DNA of 32,000 nt, from NCBI GenBank assembly GCA_016934415.1, contig JAFGSW010000088.1, positions 805 to 32,804 of the forward strand, written 5' to 3'. Shown here in pieces: positions 14,918 through 23,173 of the stretch. The position numbers and the translations under genes were made by a program. Position 1 is the stretch's first letter; each line of letters opens with the position of its first letter. Source of the stretch: Spirochaetales bacterium (lineage in GTDB: Bacteria > Spirochaetota > Spirochaetia > SZUA-6 > RPPD01). The notes below the pieces were generated by a model, which saw only the letters and a list, made by a program, of their open reading frames with translations, made no database searches and was not told the DNA's origin.

Positions 14918-15574
14918 TCAACTCTGCGTCGTTCGTTGTACGATCCGATACTGCAGCCAGACATGGCCGCCCTCCACGACCCGCGTCTCCTTCAATTCGA
15001 GAACGACCACATCCTTGACCGAATCGAGATCGTCCGCCACGAAAATCGTTTTCGGCGACGTACCGCCGGTCAATTGCGGCGACAGGAGCAGGCTCACTTC
15101 GTCAACCAGCCCTTCCCGGAGAAACGCTCCAGCCAGGACGCCCCCGCTGTCGATTCGAATCGTCTTGATGTCGAATTTCTCCGCGATCTCTCCAAGGGCG
15201 GCGCGCAGATCGACGTGCTCGTCGCCCGCCACGATGCAATGCACCTGTTCCGCATTCACGTGGCGAATGTACGATTCCGGCGTTCGCTTCGTGCACAGGA
15301 CGATGGGAGTGCTGTTCCAATGAGGTTGCCGCTTAATGAGATCCCAGTTCCGGATTTTCCCTTGACCATCGACGACGATGAGATACTGGTCGAGCAATTT
15401 TACGATATGCTCGTCCTGGGACATCGGAGCCGCGAGAATTGTATTGCTGCCGGAGATCATGGCGTCGTATTTTTTATCTTGGATCACCCGATAATACAAG
15501 AAGCCATTCGGTTTGAGCCAATCGATTCTCCCGTCGAGGCTGCACTCGACATGATAGATCACGTTGGGCCGCAT
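14918..15574 (-). CDS. RibD C-terminal domain / dihydrofolate-reductase-like reductase family protein
   Basis: Start at the ATG at 15574, with AAAGGAGA 6 nt upstream. MRPNVIYHVECSLDGRI, then the C-terminal ...IDSGG.L.GAFL..GLVDE.SLLLSP.L.GG, is typical of RibD_C. The track ORF extension to 15880 overlaps the DUF3795 gene and is rejected. Confidence 0.75.
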   Translation of the reverse strand: MRPNVIYHVECSLDGRIDWLKPNGFLYYRVIQDKKYDAMISGSNTILAAPMSQDEHIVKLLDQYLIVVDGQGKIRNWDLIKRQPHWNSTPIVLCTKRTPESYIRHVNAEQVHCIVAGDEHVDLRAALGEIAEKFDIKTIRIDSGGVLAGAFLREGLVDEVSLLLSPQLTGGTSPKTIFVADDLDSVKDVVVLELKETRVVEGGHVWLQYRIVQRTTQS

Positions 15575-15693
15575 GAGGTTCTCCTTTTCTTCCGAAATTG
15601 CAAAAGATTTCCTCCAGCGATCGTCGTGCGTCTGTCCGGCGATCGCCCGGCAGGCGCGCACGTCTTTCAAGCGGGACGCGCCTGCGGACGAAA

Positions 15694-16041
15694 TCAGTTC
15701 CGAAGGGCCTCGAGGGTGGCCTTCGCCTGGGGAACGTTTTTCAGAAAATTTACCAGTTTCTCGCAGCCGTAGTCGGGACAGGATGCGCAGGTGGACACTG
15801 AGCTTCCCTTTTCGAGCGCACAGAGCCTGATTCCGCACAGGGAGCAGTACCCAACGTGCTTCCCCTCCCGTGCGGTACACCCGACGCAGTCGATCTCTTC
15901 AGCCTTGAGTCGGTGACCGTATTCCTTGCTCCATTCCTCCGCCGTCTTTTGCCGCTCGGCGAGAGTCTTCCTCTCGGCGGCGAGGAAGGCGGGACAGACG
16001 GCGCAATCGAGGCCGCAATAGGCGATCAGTTTTTCGGGCAT
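15694..16041 (-). CDS. DUF3795 domain-containing cysteine-rich protein
   Basis: Start at the ATG at 16041, with AGGAGG 5 nt upstream. Pattern YCGLDCAVCP......C.GC......C..C.IR.CA.....STCA.C..Y.CEKL. Confidence 0.7.
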   Translation of the reverse strand: MPEKLIAYCGLDCAVCPAFLAAERKTLAERQKTAEEWSKEYGHRLKAEEIDCVGCTAREGKHVGYCSLCGIRLCALEKGSSVSTCASCPDYGCEKLVNFLKNVPQAKATLEALRN

Positions 16042-16097
16042 AGACACCTCCTGACAATGATGGACCGATGATACGCCCGCGGCGTGACAGCCCTATG

Positions 16098-18125
16098 TCA
16101 TGTTTCCGGCTTGGCCGCGAATCTATCCTTCAGCCGGCCGAAATACTCGCCGGCCTCGTCTTCCGCGACGATTTTCTCCTCGAATTTTTCGAGAAGCTCC
16201 TGCGGTATCTCGGCGATGAAGCTCGAGGGCGAAGACTCGATCGGCACCCCCAGGCGCCGGCGGGTGGCCGCGGCGGAGATGTACAGCTTGCGCTTGGCGC
16301 GGGTCACGGCCACGTAGAACAGTCGGCGCTCCTCCTCCACGTCACCGTTCGCCTCATTCACGGTTCGCTCGTGGGGGAAAAGGCCCTCCTCGGCCCCGGC
16401 GATGAAAACGACCTCGAATTCCAGCCCTTTGGCCGCGTGAACGGTCATGAGGTTCACCTTGTCGATTTCGTCTTTATCCTTGTTCTCCTCCATCTGAAGG
16501 AGATTGATTCCGATGAGGTAATCACGCAGAGAAGGCGAGGCGTTTTCGGGATCGGAGTCGTAATCGGCGATCGAATTGACGAGGCTTTCCACGTTCTGGA
16601 ATTTCCAGCGCGCCACGTCCTCCTTTTTATGCTGAGAGAGAAGCCAGCTCTGGTAATCGATCCGCTCGACGAGGGTCCGCACACCGGCGGCCAACCCGCC
16701 GCGCGCCCGGACCGCGCTGCGGGTGGTTTCGATGATGTCGACGAACCCCCTCATTTCGGCGCGCGCCCGTGCGGAGATCGATCCGATCTCGCCCGCTTCG
16801 GCCGCGCCGGGCGCGGTCGCGAGCTTCAAGGCGCCGAACAGGGAGACGGAGTGGCGACGGGCGATCCCGACAAGCTCCTCAAGCACGGCCTGGCCCAGGC
16901 CGCGGCGCGGCGTGTTGATCACGCGGAGCAGGCTCAAATCGTCGTCCGGGTTGACCGTGACCGTGAGATAGGAGAGGACGTCTTTCACCTCCTTGCGGTT
17001 GAAAAAACTCATTCCGCCCGAGACGACATACGGGATGCGGTGGCGGAGGAGCGCCTCCTCGATGGCGCGCGTCAGGTGATTGGCCCGAACGAGAATCCCG
17101 ATTTCGCGGTAGGGGACCCGGTGTTTCTGCGCCTCGGTCCGGATCCGTCCCACGATGAACTCACCCTCCTCTGCCTCCGTCTGGGGAAGGGCGAGCGTGA
17201 TGGGCTCTCCGGAGCCGCGGTCGGTCCGAAGCGCCTTGGGCTTGCGCTCGGCGTTGTTCAAGATAATCGAGTTGGCTGCGTCGAGGATGGAGAGCGAGGA
17301 GCGGTAGTTGCGTTCGAGCTTGATTTCCAAGGCGCCGGGAAAATCGTTCTCGAAGCGGAGGAGGTTTCTGAAATGCGCGCCGCGGAACGAGTAGATCGAC
17401 TGGTCCTCGTCACCCACCACGCAGATGTTGCCGTGCGCGCGGGCCAGGGCGGTGATGAGACGGTACTGGATGTCCGAGGTGTCCTGAAACTCGTCAACCA
17501 TGATGTAGCGGAAGCGCTCCTGGTACACGGCGAGCGTCTCCGGCCGTCGCTCGAAGAGCGCGAGCGGCGCGACGATGAGGTCGTCGAAGTCGAAGGCCTG
17601 GTACAGGCCGAGCGCGCGGTTGTACTCCCGGTAAAGGGGCTCGAAGGCGGCGATCGGACCTTCCCACTTCTGACGGCCGGTCTTCACCTTGGAAAAAATC
17701 GTCGCCAGCAGGGAGGGCGGCGTTTTCGAGACGTCAAGCTTCATCTCGCGGGCCAGGTCCTTGATGAGGCCTTCCCTGTCGGTCTCGTCGAAGACGGTGA
17801 AGTCCCGCTTATAACCGATGAGGTCGTGGCACTCGGAGAGGACGCGCAGGCCGAAGGCGTGGAAGGTGGAGATGGAGAGCTTGGTGGCCTTCCGGCCGGT
17901 GAGCTCACGCACCCGGTGGCGCATTTCGGCGGCGGCTTTTTTTGTGAAGGTGACGGCGAGGATGCTTCCCTCGGCAATGCCCCGATCGAGCATGGAGGCG
18001 ACACGATAAGTGATGACGCGGGTCTTGCCGCTGCCGGCCCCGGCGATGATGATGAGAGGTCCTTCGTGCGTGTTGACGGCGCGCAGTTGCTCCGGATTGA
18101 GCTCCGGTCCGCGGGAACGAGTCAT
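16098..18125 (-). CDS. pcrA: ATP-dependent DNA helicase, UvrD/PcrA/Rep family (superfamily 1)
   Basis: 675 aa. Motifs LNPEQ..AV....GPL.IIAGAGSGKTRVIT.R (Q motif and Walker A), MVDEFQDTS (motif II), VGDEDQSIYSFRGA, NYRSS, T.H.AKGLEF..VF and RRLFYVA.TRA. Confidence 0.85.
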   Translation of the reverse strand: MTRSRGPELNPEQLRAVNTHEGPLIIIAGAGSGKTRVITYRVASMLDRGIAEGSILAVTFTKKAAAEMRHRVRELTGRKATKLSISTFHAFGLRVLSECHDLIGYKRDFTVFDETDREGLIKDLAREMKLDVSKTPPSLLATIFSKVKTGRQKWEGPIAAFEPLYREYNRALGLYQAFDFDDLIVAPLALFERRPETLAVYQERFRYIMVDEFQDTSDIQYRLITALARAHGNICVVGDEDQSIYSFRGAHFRNLLRFENDFPGALEIKLERNYRSSLSILDAANSIILNNAERKPKALRTDRGSGEPITLALPQTEAEEGEFIVGRIRTEAQKHRVPYREIGILVRANHLTRAIEEALLRHRIPYVVSGGMSFFNRKEVKDVLSYLTVTVNPDDDLSLLRVINTPRRGLGQAVLEELVGIARRHSVSLFGALKLATAPGAAEAGEIGSISARARAEMRGFVDIIETTRSAVRARGGLAAGVRTLVERIDYQSWLLSQHKKEDVARWKFQNVESLVNSIADYDSDPENASPSLRDYLIGINLLQMEENKDKDEIDKVNLMTVHAAKGLEFEVVFIAGAEEGLFPHERTVNEANGDVEEERRLFYVAVTRAKRKLYISAAATRRRLGVPIESSPSSFIAEIPQELLEKFEEKIVAEDEAGEYFGRLKDRFAAKPET

Positions 18126-18145
18126 CCGTTTTGCTCCGAGCGGCT

Positions 18146-18634
18146 TCAGGTGCCTTTGTAAAAGAATTTCGCCGCCTCGATGCCCGCCATGCCCAGGGCG
18201 ACGGCGATGGAGACGAGCACGCCGGCGATGGCCACGCCGAGCGCCACTGCGAACAAGGACTTCTTCATGTCCATGCCGAGCACCCAGGCCCCGAGCGCGC
18301 CGGTGTAGGCGCCGGTGAAGGGGAGGGGCAGGGCGACGAAAATGACAAGGCCGATGTAGCCGAATTTATCAACCTTCTTTTTCACTTTTCGGCGGGCGCG
18401 TTCGATAAGTTTCTCCGAAAATCTTTGATACCAGCCGAAGTGCAGGAGCAGCTTGTGCAGAGTCTGGATAAAAAGAAGAACGATGGGTACCACAAGGATG
18501 TTGGCGGCCACACAGAAAAAATATGCGATGAAGGGATCCATACCTCCCCCCCTGGCGATGGGAATCCCGCCGCGAAGCTCGGAAATGGGGATGATGCAGG
18601 CGAGTCCCGCCGCGATAAAAGTCGATAGCTTCAT
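18146..18634 (-). CDS. Small multi-pass membrane protein, COG2426 / putative small multidrug export family
   Basis: 162 aa with ~4 hydrophobic segments. Motifs P.SELRGGIP.A and LP.PFTGAYTGAL.A..LG. GAGGAG lies 7 nt upstream of the ATG. Confidence 0.6.
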   Translation of the reverse strand: MKLSTFIAAGLACIIPISELRGGIPIARGGGMDPFIAYFFCVAANILVVPIVLLFIQTLHKLLLHFGWYQRFSEKLIERARRKVKKKVDKFGYIGLVIFVALPLPFTGAYTGALGAWVLGMDMKKSLFAVALGVAIAGVLVSIAVALGMAGIEAAKFFYKGT

Positions 18635-18764
18635 TTCACGCTCCTCGGGGAAGCCGGAAATGCGATCCCCGATATGCCCGCCGGGGGGCGATAATATAAT
18701 TAATTGCGCAATAAATTAAATAATTGTCGGTTCCGGCTTATCGGATTAAAGCCGAAAACGGCGA

Positions 18765-18794
18765 TTGAATCAACACCCTCCGGAAGTGTAAAAT
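18765..18794 (+). promoter_or_regulatory. Candidate sigma70-type promoter for the M23 peptidase gene
   Basis: TTGAAT (18765-18770), 18-nt spacer, TAAAAT (18789-18794). It would give a ~120-nt leader. Confidence 0.35.
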
Positions 18795-18918
18795 GGGATC
18801 GTGCCATGATGATGAAAATCAATGCGTCGACAACGGGCGTCTGGCGTCATTCGCCGCCCGTACGCGGCGCGTGTACCGTCGTTCATGCGTTGAATCCGGT
18901 TTACCAAGGGGCCGCCCG

Positions 18919-20160
18919 ATGATACTATTCCCCATGTCCAAGCGAAAACTCCTGACAGTCTCCGTCTACCTGGCGGCGGCTTTACTCGCCTTTTTTTCTT
19001 TTTTCGGGGTCATCTACTCGGCCTGGCCCGAGCTCTCGGATTCGGACCTCCCGGTGCTTACGCTCGAGGGGGTGAGCGACGGCGGCTCATACACGGGAGT
19101 CATCTCCGTCACCTTTTCCGCGAACGACGCAACCGCCGGGATCGGACGGGTCCGGATCAGGATCGACGACGCCGACGTCTATGACAAGGCGATAGGCGCC
19201 AAGAGTTGGTTCGACGGCTCCGAAATCGACACCTCGGGCTTAAGAGAGGGCGAGCACCGGCTGACCGCCACGGTCACCGACTCTTCACTGTGGCGACTGA
19301 AGCGCGAAGTCGCTGTCGCCTTCACAATCGACCGCACTCCGCCTCGCCTTTCAGTCTCGTCCTTCAAGACCACGGTTCTGCAGGGTGATACCGACGGCCT
19401 CGTCATCAGCGTAAACGAAAAACTCTCCACCCTAAAGGTCGAAGCCCTCGGCGATTCCATCGTCTGCCATTCCCTCCCGGGCGCTGAAAACCGTTTTCGT
19501 GCGCTCTTCGGCGTCAGTCCGCTCGCCAAGCCGGCCGTCTATAAAGTGCAGTGCGTGGCCCGGGACCTGGCCGGCAATGTGACGAGCGAGTCGGTGCTGG
19601 TGACGGTTGCGGCGAAAAAATTCCCCTTCGAGGTCATACACCTCCCGAAGGAGAAGCAGGGGATCCTCCACAATACCGCGAAGATCACGGAAGATCGCGA
19701 GATCGTCGCCGCCGCCCTAGCCTCGGCCGGCGACGTCCAGCTCTGGCGGGGAACGTTTGACCGCCCGGCTCCCGGGATCGACAGCTCGCCGTTCGGCATC
19801 AGGCGGGTGTACGAAACGGGCGGCACGGCCTCCTACCACCAGGGTATCGACATCGCCAACAAGGAGGGAACGCCGATCGCGGCCTCCAACGCGGGAGCGG
19901 TGCTTTTCGCCGGGAAATTGTACGTGCCGGGGAACACCGTCATTCTCGACCACGGGCAGGGGGTGGTGAGCTCCTATTATCACATGAAGGCGTTGGGGGT
20001 GAAAAAAGGCGATGTAGTGGCCAAGGGAACGGTGATCGGCTGGATGGGCACCACGGGACTGTCCACCGGCAACCACTGTCATTGGCAGATCACGGTCGGC
20101 GGACAGTGCGTCAACCCCGACGACTGGCGGCAATTCAGTTACGAAACGGAAGATGAGTGA
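18919..20160 (+). CDS. M23 family (LytM-type) metallopeptidase with N-terminal membrane anchor
   Basis: Start chosen at the ATG at 18919 (MILFPMSKRKLLTVSVYLAAALLAFFSFF, a TM/signal segment). The C-terminal M23 core is SYHQGIDIA...GTPI.A...G.V.FAG.....GN.VILDHG.G..S.Y.HM.......G..V..G..IG..G.TG.STG.H.HW.I. Confidence 0.8.
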   Translation: MILFPMSKRKLLTVSVYLAAALLAFFSFFGVIYSAWPELSDSDLPVLTLEGVSDGGSYTGVISVTFSANDATAGIGRVRIRIDDADVYDKAIGAKSWFDGSEIDTSGLREGEHRLTATVTDSSLWRLKREVAVAFTIDRTPPRLSVSSFKTTVLQGDTDGLVISVNEKLSTLKVEALGDSIVCHSLPGAENRFRALFGVSPLAKPAVYKVQCVARDLAGNVTSESVLVTVAAKKFPFEVIHLPKEKQGILHNTAKITEDREIVAAALASAGDVQLWRGTFDRPAPGIDSSPFGIRRVYETGGTASYHQGIDIANKEGTPIAASNAGAVLFAGKLYVPGNTVILDHGQGVVSSYYHMKALGVKKGDVVAKGTVIGWMGTTGLSTGNHCHWQITVGGQCVNPDDWRQFSYETEDE

Positions 20161-20210
20161 CTCGCACGATTCGTTTGACTTCTAATCAGATTGGGAAAGG
20201 TCGATTGACC

Positions 20211-20780
20211 ATGCCCGTAAAATCGCAATCGATCATGATGACCTGCGGCGTCGACGAGGCGGGGCGCGGCCCTCTTGCCGGTCCGGTCACGGCCGGCGCG
20301 GTCGTGCTGGGAGAGGGTTTCCCGATAGGGATCCTGGCCGATTCAAAAGCCCTGAGTCCCATGCGCCGCGAAAGGGCGGCGGCCGTGATCCGGGCGAGGG
20401 CGAAAGCCTGGGCAGCGGGTTGGGCCTGGCCGGAGGAGATCGATCGCTACAACATTCACTGCGCAACGCTTCTGGCCATGGCCAGGGCGGTGCGCGCCCT
20501 CGGCTTGAAGCCCGATCTGGTTCTCGTCGACGGCCTTTATACGCCGGCCGTGGCGTCCGCCTGCCGGGCCATGGTCGGGGGGGACACGATCGTGCCGGAA
20601 ATCATGGCGGCTTCGATCGTCGCTAAAACCGCGCGCGACCTGTGGATGGAACGGTACGGACGTGTCGAGTCAGACTACCGGTTCGAGGAGCATAAAGGGT
20701 ATCCCACGAAAGCGCATCGGGAACTTGTGAAGAAGTTGGGCCCGTCGCCCATTCACAGGAAGAGTTTCAGAATTTCTTAG
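20211..20780 (+). CDS. rnhB: Ribonuclease HII
   Basis: Motifs CGVDEAGRGPLAGPV, DSK.L....R, SIVAK..RD..M and GYP...H. The start is uncertain (ATG at 20211, or 20235; the track ORF opens at a GTG overlapping the upstream stop). Confidence 0.8.
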   Translation: MPVKSQSIMMTCGVDEAGRGPLAGPVTAGAVVLGEGFPIGILADSKALSPMRRERAAAVIRARAKAWAAGWAWPEEIDRYNIHCATLLAMARAVRALGLKPDLVLVDGLYTPAVASACRAMVGGDTIVPEIMAASIVAKTARDLWMERYGRVESDYRFEEHKGYPTKAHRELVKKLGPSPIHRKSFRIS

Positions 20781-21009
20781 TTTTGACGAATGCCACCGCT
20801 TTTTCGAAGCTTTCGACGAATCCATCCAGGTCCTCGCGGAAAACGATGATGGAATGGCGTTCGAATTCCTGCTCGCCGTTTTTCTTGCTCTCGACAATGT
20901 TGAGGAAGATATCGCCGTTTCGGTTCTCTTTCACATTGAAAAAATAAGTGCGGCGGCCGGAAACCGCGCGTGTGGAAAAAAGCTCGCCCCGTACTCCCAT
21001 ATTCCCCAT
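20767..21009 (-). CDS. PUR-alpha-like DNA/RNA-binding protein (DUF3276 family)
   Basis: Motif ELFSTRAVSGRRTYFFNVKENRNGDIFLNIVESKK......ERHSI.VF.EDL..F. Start at the ATG at 21009 or 21000. The 3' end overlaps the rnhB 3' end by 14 nt (convergent genes). Confidence 0.7.
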   Translation of the reverse strand: MGNMGVRGELFSTRAVSGRRTYFFNVKENRNGDIFLNIVESKKNGEQEFERHSIIVFREDLDGFVESFEKAVAFVKTKKF

Positions 21010-21034
21010 CCTTGCTTTTTTCTGACTTTTCACC

Positions 21035-21063
21035 ACTATATCCGAAAACTCGCATCCCTTCAA
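21035..21063 (-). promoter_or_regulatory. Sigma70-type promoter for the PUR-like gene
   Basis: Minus strand: TTGAAG (21058-21063), 17-nt spacer, TATAGT (21035-21040). Confidence 0.45.
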
Positions 21064-21103
21064 TCAAAAAAATAAAAAAGTGGCGTCCCGGCGCGCTCCG
21101 CGC

Positions 21104-21133
21104 TTGCCTTCTCGGCGGATTCCATGCTATATT
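21104..21133 (+). promoter_or_regulatory. Candidate promoter for tRNA-Gly
   Basis: TTGCCT (21104-21109), 18-nt spacer, TATATT (21128-21133). The -10 ends 17 nt before the mature tRNA 5' end. Confidence 0.4.
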
Positions 21134-21150
21134 CTGGTTCAAAAAACGAC

Positions 21151-21222
21151 GCGCCTGTCGTATAGCGGCTATTACCTTAGCCTTCCAAGCTAAAGATGTG
21201 GGTTCGACTCCCATCAGGCGCT
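21151..21222 (+). tRNA. tRNA-Gly (anticodon UCC)
   Basis: Hand-folded cloverleaf. Acceptor stem GCGCCTG/CAGGCGC; D arm GTAT-AGCGGCTA-TTAC; anticodon arm TTAGC-CTTCCAA-GCTAA (anticodon TCC). The variable loop is 4 nt. The T arm is GTGGG-TTCGACT-CCCAT and the discriminator is T. CCA is not encoded. Confidence 0.85.
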
Positions 21223-21271
21223 TAGTACGAAACAGTGACTTCCACAAGAAGATCGCGCGCTCACAACACGG

Positions 21272-21297
21272 CCCTCCTGAGCGGGAGGGTTTTTTTA
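21272..21297 (+). terminator. Rho-independent terminator downstream of tRNA-Gly
   Basis: CCCTCC (21272-21277) pairs with GGAGGG (21284-21289), followed by a run of 8 T. Confidence 0.65.
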
Positions 21298-21413
21298 TCG
21301 AATCCGGCTGGCGGGAGCGGCGGAATACGTCTATAATTATCGAAGCGAACGAATGAGACTGCTCGTGCGGCCGGGTTTCCGTTCAGAGAACCCTTTATAA
21401 AGCGGGAAAAACG

Positions 21414-22253
21414 ATGGATGTAGCCTTCTTGAAACTGCACTCCGCGGGAAACGATTTTATCTGCCTCGACGCGGAAAAAACGCCTCCTCCCGACGAGAGG
21501 CATCTCGCGGCTCTCGCGAAGAAGATCTGCCGACGCCGCACGGGTGTGGGCGGGGAGGGGGTCTTCTGCCTGTCGCGTGATGAGGAAGGCCGGATTCTGG
21601 CCCGGGTGTATACTCCCGAGGGCGGGGAAGGAGAGTTGTGCGGTGCGGCGCTGCAGTGCGCGGCACGCTACGCATTCGACACGGGTCTCGCGAAGAACTC
21701 GAATTTCAGGATCGTTCGTGGGAACACGGCCGTTCCGCTCGAAATCGTCGATTCGGTCAACGTCCGGCAGGATCTGGGCGCCCCCCGCGGACTTGATTCG
21801 GCGGCCGAGCTGCGCGAGGTATCGGACGCCGTGTTTGCCAGGCCCATCGTCATCGACGACCATGAATATGCCTGCACACCGGTGGTGATCGATGGAACGC
21901 ACGCCGTGCTTTTTGTCGCCGGATTCGGGGTATCGCCGCACCGATTGGCCCGAAAAATAGAAAAACACCCCATGTTCACGGGTGGGGCGGACGTCCTGTT
22001 TGTGCGCGTTTTCTCGCGGGAGGAACTGGAAGTGAGGGCCTGGAAAAAGGGCGGCACCGAGTCATACGCCTGCCCGAAGACCGCGTCGGCCGGTCTGGTC
22101 GCCGCGGCCCTCAACGGCTTCGCCGAGCGGGAGGCTCTCGTGCACCTGCGCGGCGGCGACCTGTTCGTCGAGTGGGACGAAGCGTCCAACCATGTGTTCT
22201 TCACCGGCCCCGCCGAATACGTATTTTCGGGGAATTACTATTTCGAAGAATAG
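21414..22253 (+). CDS. dapF: Diaminopimelate epimerase family protein (divergent)
   Basis: 279 aa. The N-terminus F.KLHSAGNDFI..D fits the family. Both catalytic-cysteine positions are present but in atypical contexts: LCGAALQCAARY instead of CGNG.RC, and ESYACPKTASA instead of ETLACGTGA. Confidence 0.65.
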   Translation: MDVAFLKLHSAGNDFICLDAEKTPPPDERHLAALAKKICRRRTGVGGEGVFCLSRDEEGRILARVYTPEGGEGELCGAALQCAARYAFDTGLAKNSNFRIVRGNTAVPLEIVDSVNVRQDLGAPRGLDSAAELREVSDAVFARPIVIDDHEYACTPVVIDGTHAVLFVAGFGVSPHRLARKIEKHPMFTGGADVLFVRVFSREELEVRAWKKGGTESYACPKTASAGLVAAALNGFAEREALVHLRGGDLFVEWDEASNHVFFTGPAEYVFSGNYYFEE

Positions 22254-22373
22254 GGCTTTTCTCGAAACGCCAGAGAATCCGACCTTCGGCAATTCCGAAT
22301 GAAGAGGACGCGGCGGAGAAGTAAAAATTATGACTTTTTATCTCATCCTTTTCAACTCTTTATCTTTTCTTCT

Positions 22374-22409
22374 CAGTGTTCTCCATTTCCTCTGTGTCCT
22401 CCGTGTCCT
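22374..22409. repeat. Four tandem degenerate 9-bp units (CAGTGTTCT CCATTTCCT CTGTGTCCT CCGTGTCCT)
   Basis: Read directly from a pyrimidine-rich, lower-GC intergenic tract between dapF and the J-domain gene. The complementary strand is GGA-rich. Confidence 0.6.
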
Positions 22410-22515
22410 TTCCGAATATCAATTTTTTGAAATGAGAATTGTTCACCGAGGCCAACGCGGTTGTCTTTATCGACGAATTCGTGTATCCTTATGGTACGGG
22501 AATTGACGGTGATAT

Positions 22516-22950
22516 ATGCCTGACATTTTTGATCGATTGGGTTCGTTATTCAAATCGATTTTCTCCGAGGAAGACAACAGCTCGAGCGGAAAACGCCAAT
22601 ACTACGATGAAGACATGCAGGAAGCATGGGATGAACTCGAGGATTATCTGAACGAGGGCAAGGCGGAGACGCGCGAGAAGACGCGGCGTCGGGAGCAGGC
22701 CCGGGCGGAGAAAAAGCCACACGTCGACAGGGCCCGTGAAAAACTGCGAGAGGATTACGCCAACCTTAAAGTTCCCTTCGGTGCGCCGTTCGAAGACGTG
22801 AAGATTTCGTACAAGAGACTCCTCCGCCAGTACCATCCTGATAAGCACGCTTCCGATCCGCAAAAATTCAAGCTGGCCACCGAGATAACCTCGAAACTCA
22901 ACCAGTCCTTCCAACGCATCGAAGATTGCGAGCAGCGATTGAAATCGTAA
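22516..22950 (+). CDS. J-domain (DnaJ-like) protein, J domain at the C-terminus
   Basis: 144 aa. The C-terminal DYA.L.VPFGA.FE.VK.SYKRLLRQYHPDKH......F...T.....SF..I includes the HPD tripeptide. The N-terminal half is acidic/charged and low in complexity. Confidence 0.7.
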   Translation: MPDIFDRLGSLFKSIFSEEDNSSSGKRQYYDEDMQEAWDELEDYLNEGKAETREKTRRREQARAEKKPHVDRAREKLREDYANLKVPFGAPFEDVKISYKRLLRQYHPDKHASDPQKFKLATEITSKLNQSFQRIEDCEQRLKS

Positions 22951-22991
22951 GATCGACGCGGATTCTCCGTTTTCTTTTTTTCCCTCTCGAG

Positions 22992-23020
22992 TTGACAACG
23001 GCGACTTTTTTTTATTATCC
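22992..23020 (+). promoter_or_regulatory. Candidate sigma70-type promoter upstream of the wecA-like gene
   Basis: A perfect TTGACA (22992-22997), followed 15-18 nt later by the overlapping -10 candidates TATTAT/TTATCC/TATCCT (23013-23021). It implies a ~150-nt leader. Confidence 0.35.
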
Positions 23021-23173
23021 TTTGAACCAGGGATGGAATCGTCGGAATCGCGACGGATGACCCACGCGCTTCCTGTGCGAGCGGCCGATCATGAATCAAC
23101 CGCGGGTATGGGATGAGGAGCTCTGCGTGTAAATCTCACCGCAGTGCGATATATTTGATGATAGAAAGAGATT

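Noticed and set aside
16068-18161. A 697-aa ORF on the plus strand covering the whole helicase locus
   Set aside because: It is exactly antisense to a UvrD/PcrA gene with clear motifs. Its translation is Arg/Gly/Asp/Val-rich low complexity with no recognisable motif. This is a typical long shadow ORF in GC-rich DNA.
14918-18634. The cluster of membrane protein, UvrD-family helicase, DUF3795 and RibD_C reductase as a possible defence or novel system
   Set aside because: The helicase has the full set of housekeeping PcrA/UvrD motifs and normal length. No nuclease, methylase, ATPase partner or toxin-like gene accompanies it. GC content and codon style look native. The simplest reading is a set of unrelated housekeeping genes that happen to be co-oriented.
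20970-21356. A 128-aa plus-strand ORF and a 156-aa minus-strand ORF (20777-21247) spanning the tRNA region
   Set aside because: They run through a well-folding tRNA-Gly gene, its promoter and its terminator, so they are not credible coding sequences.
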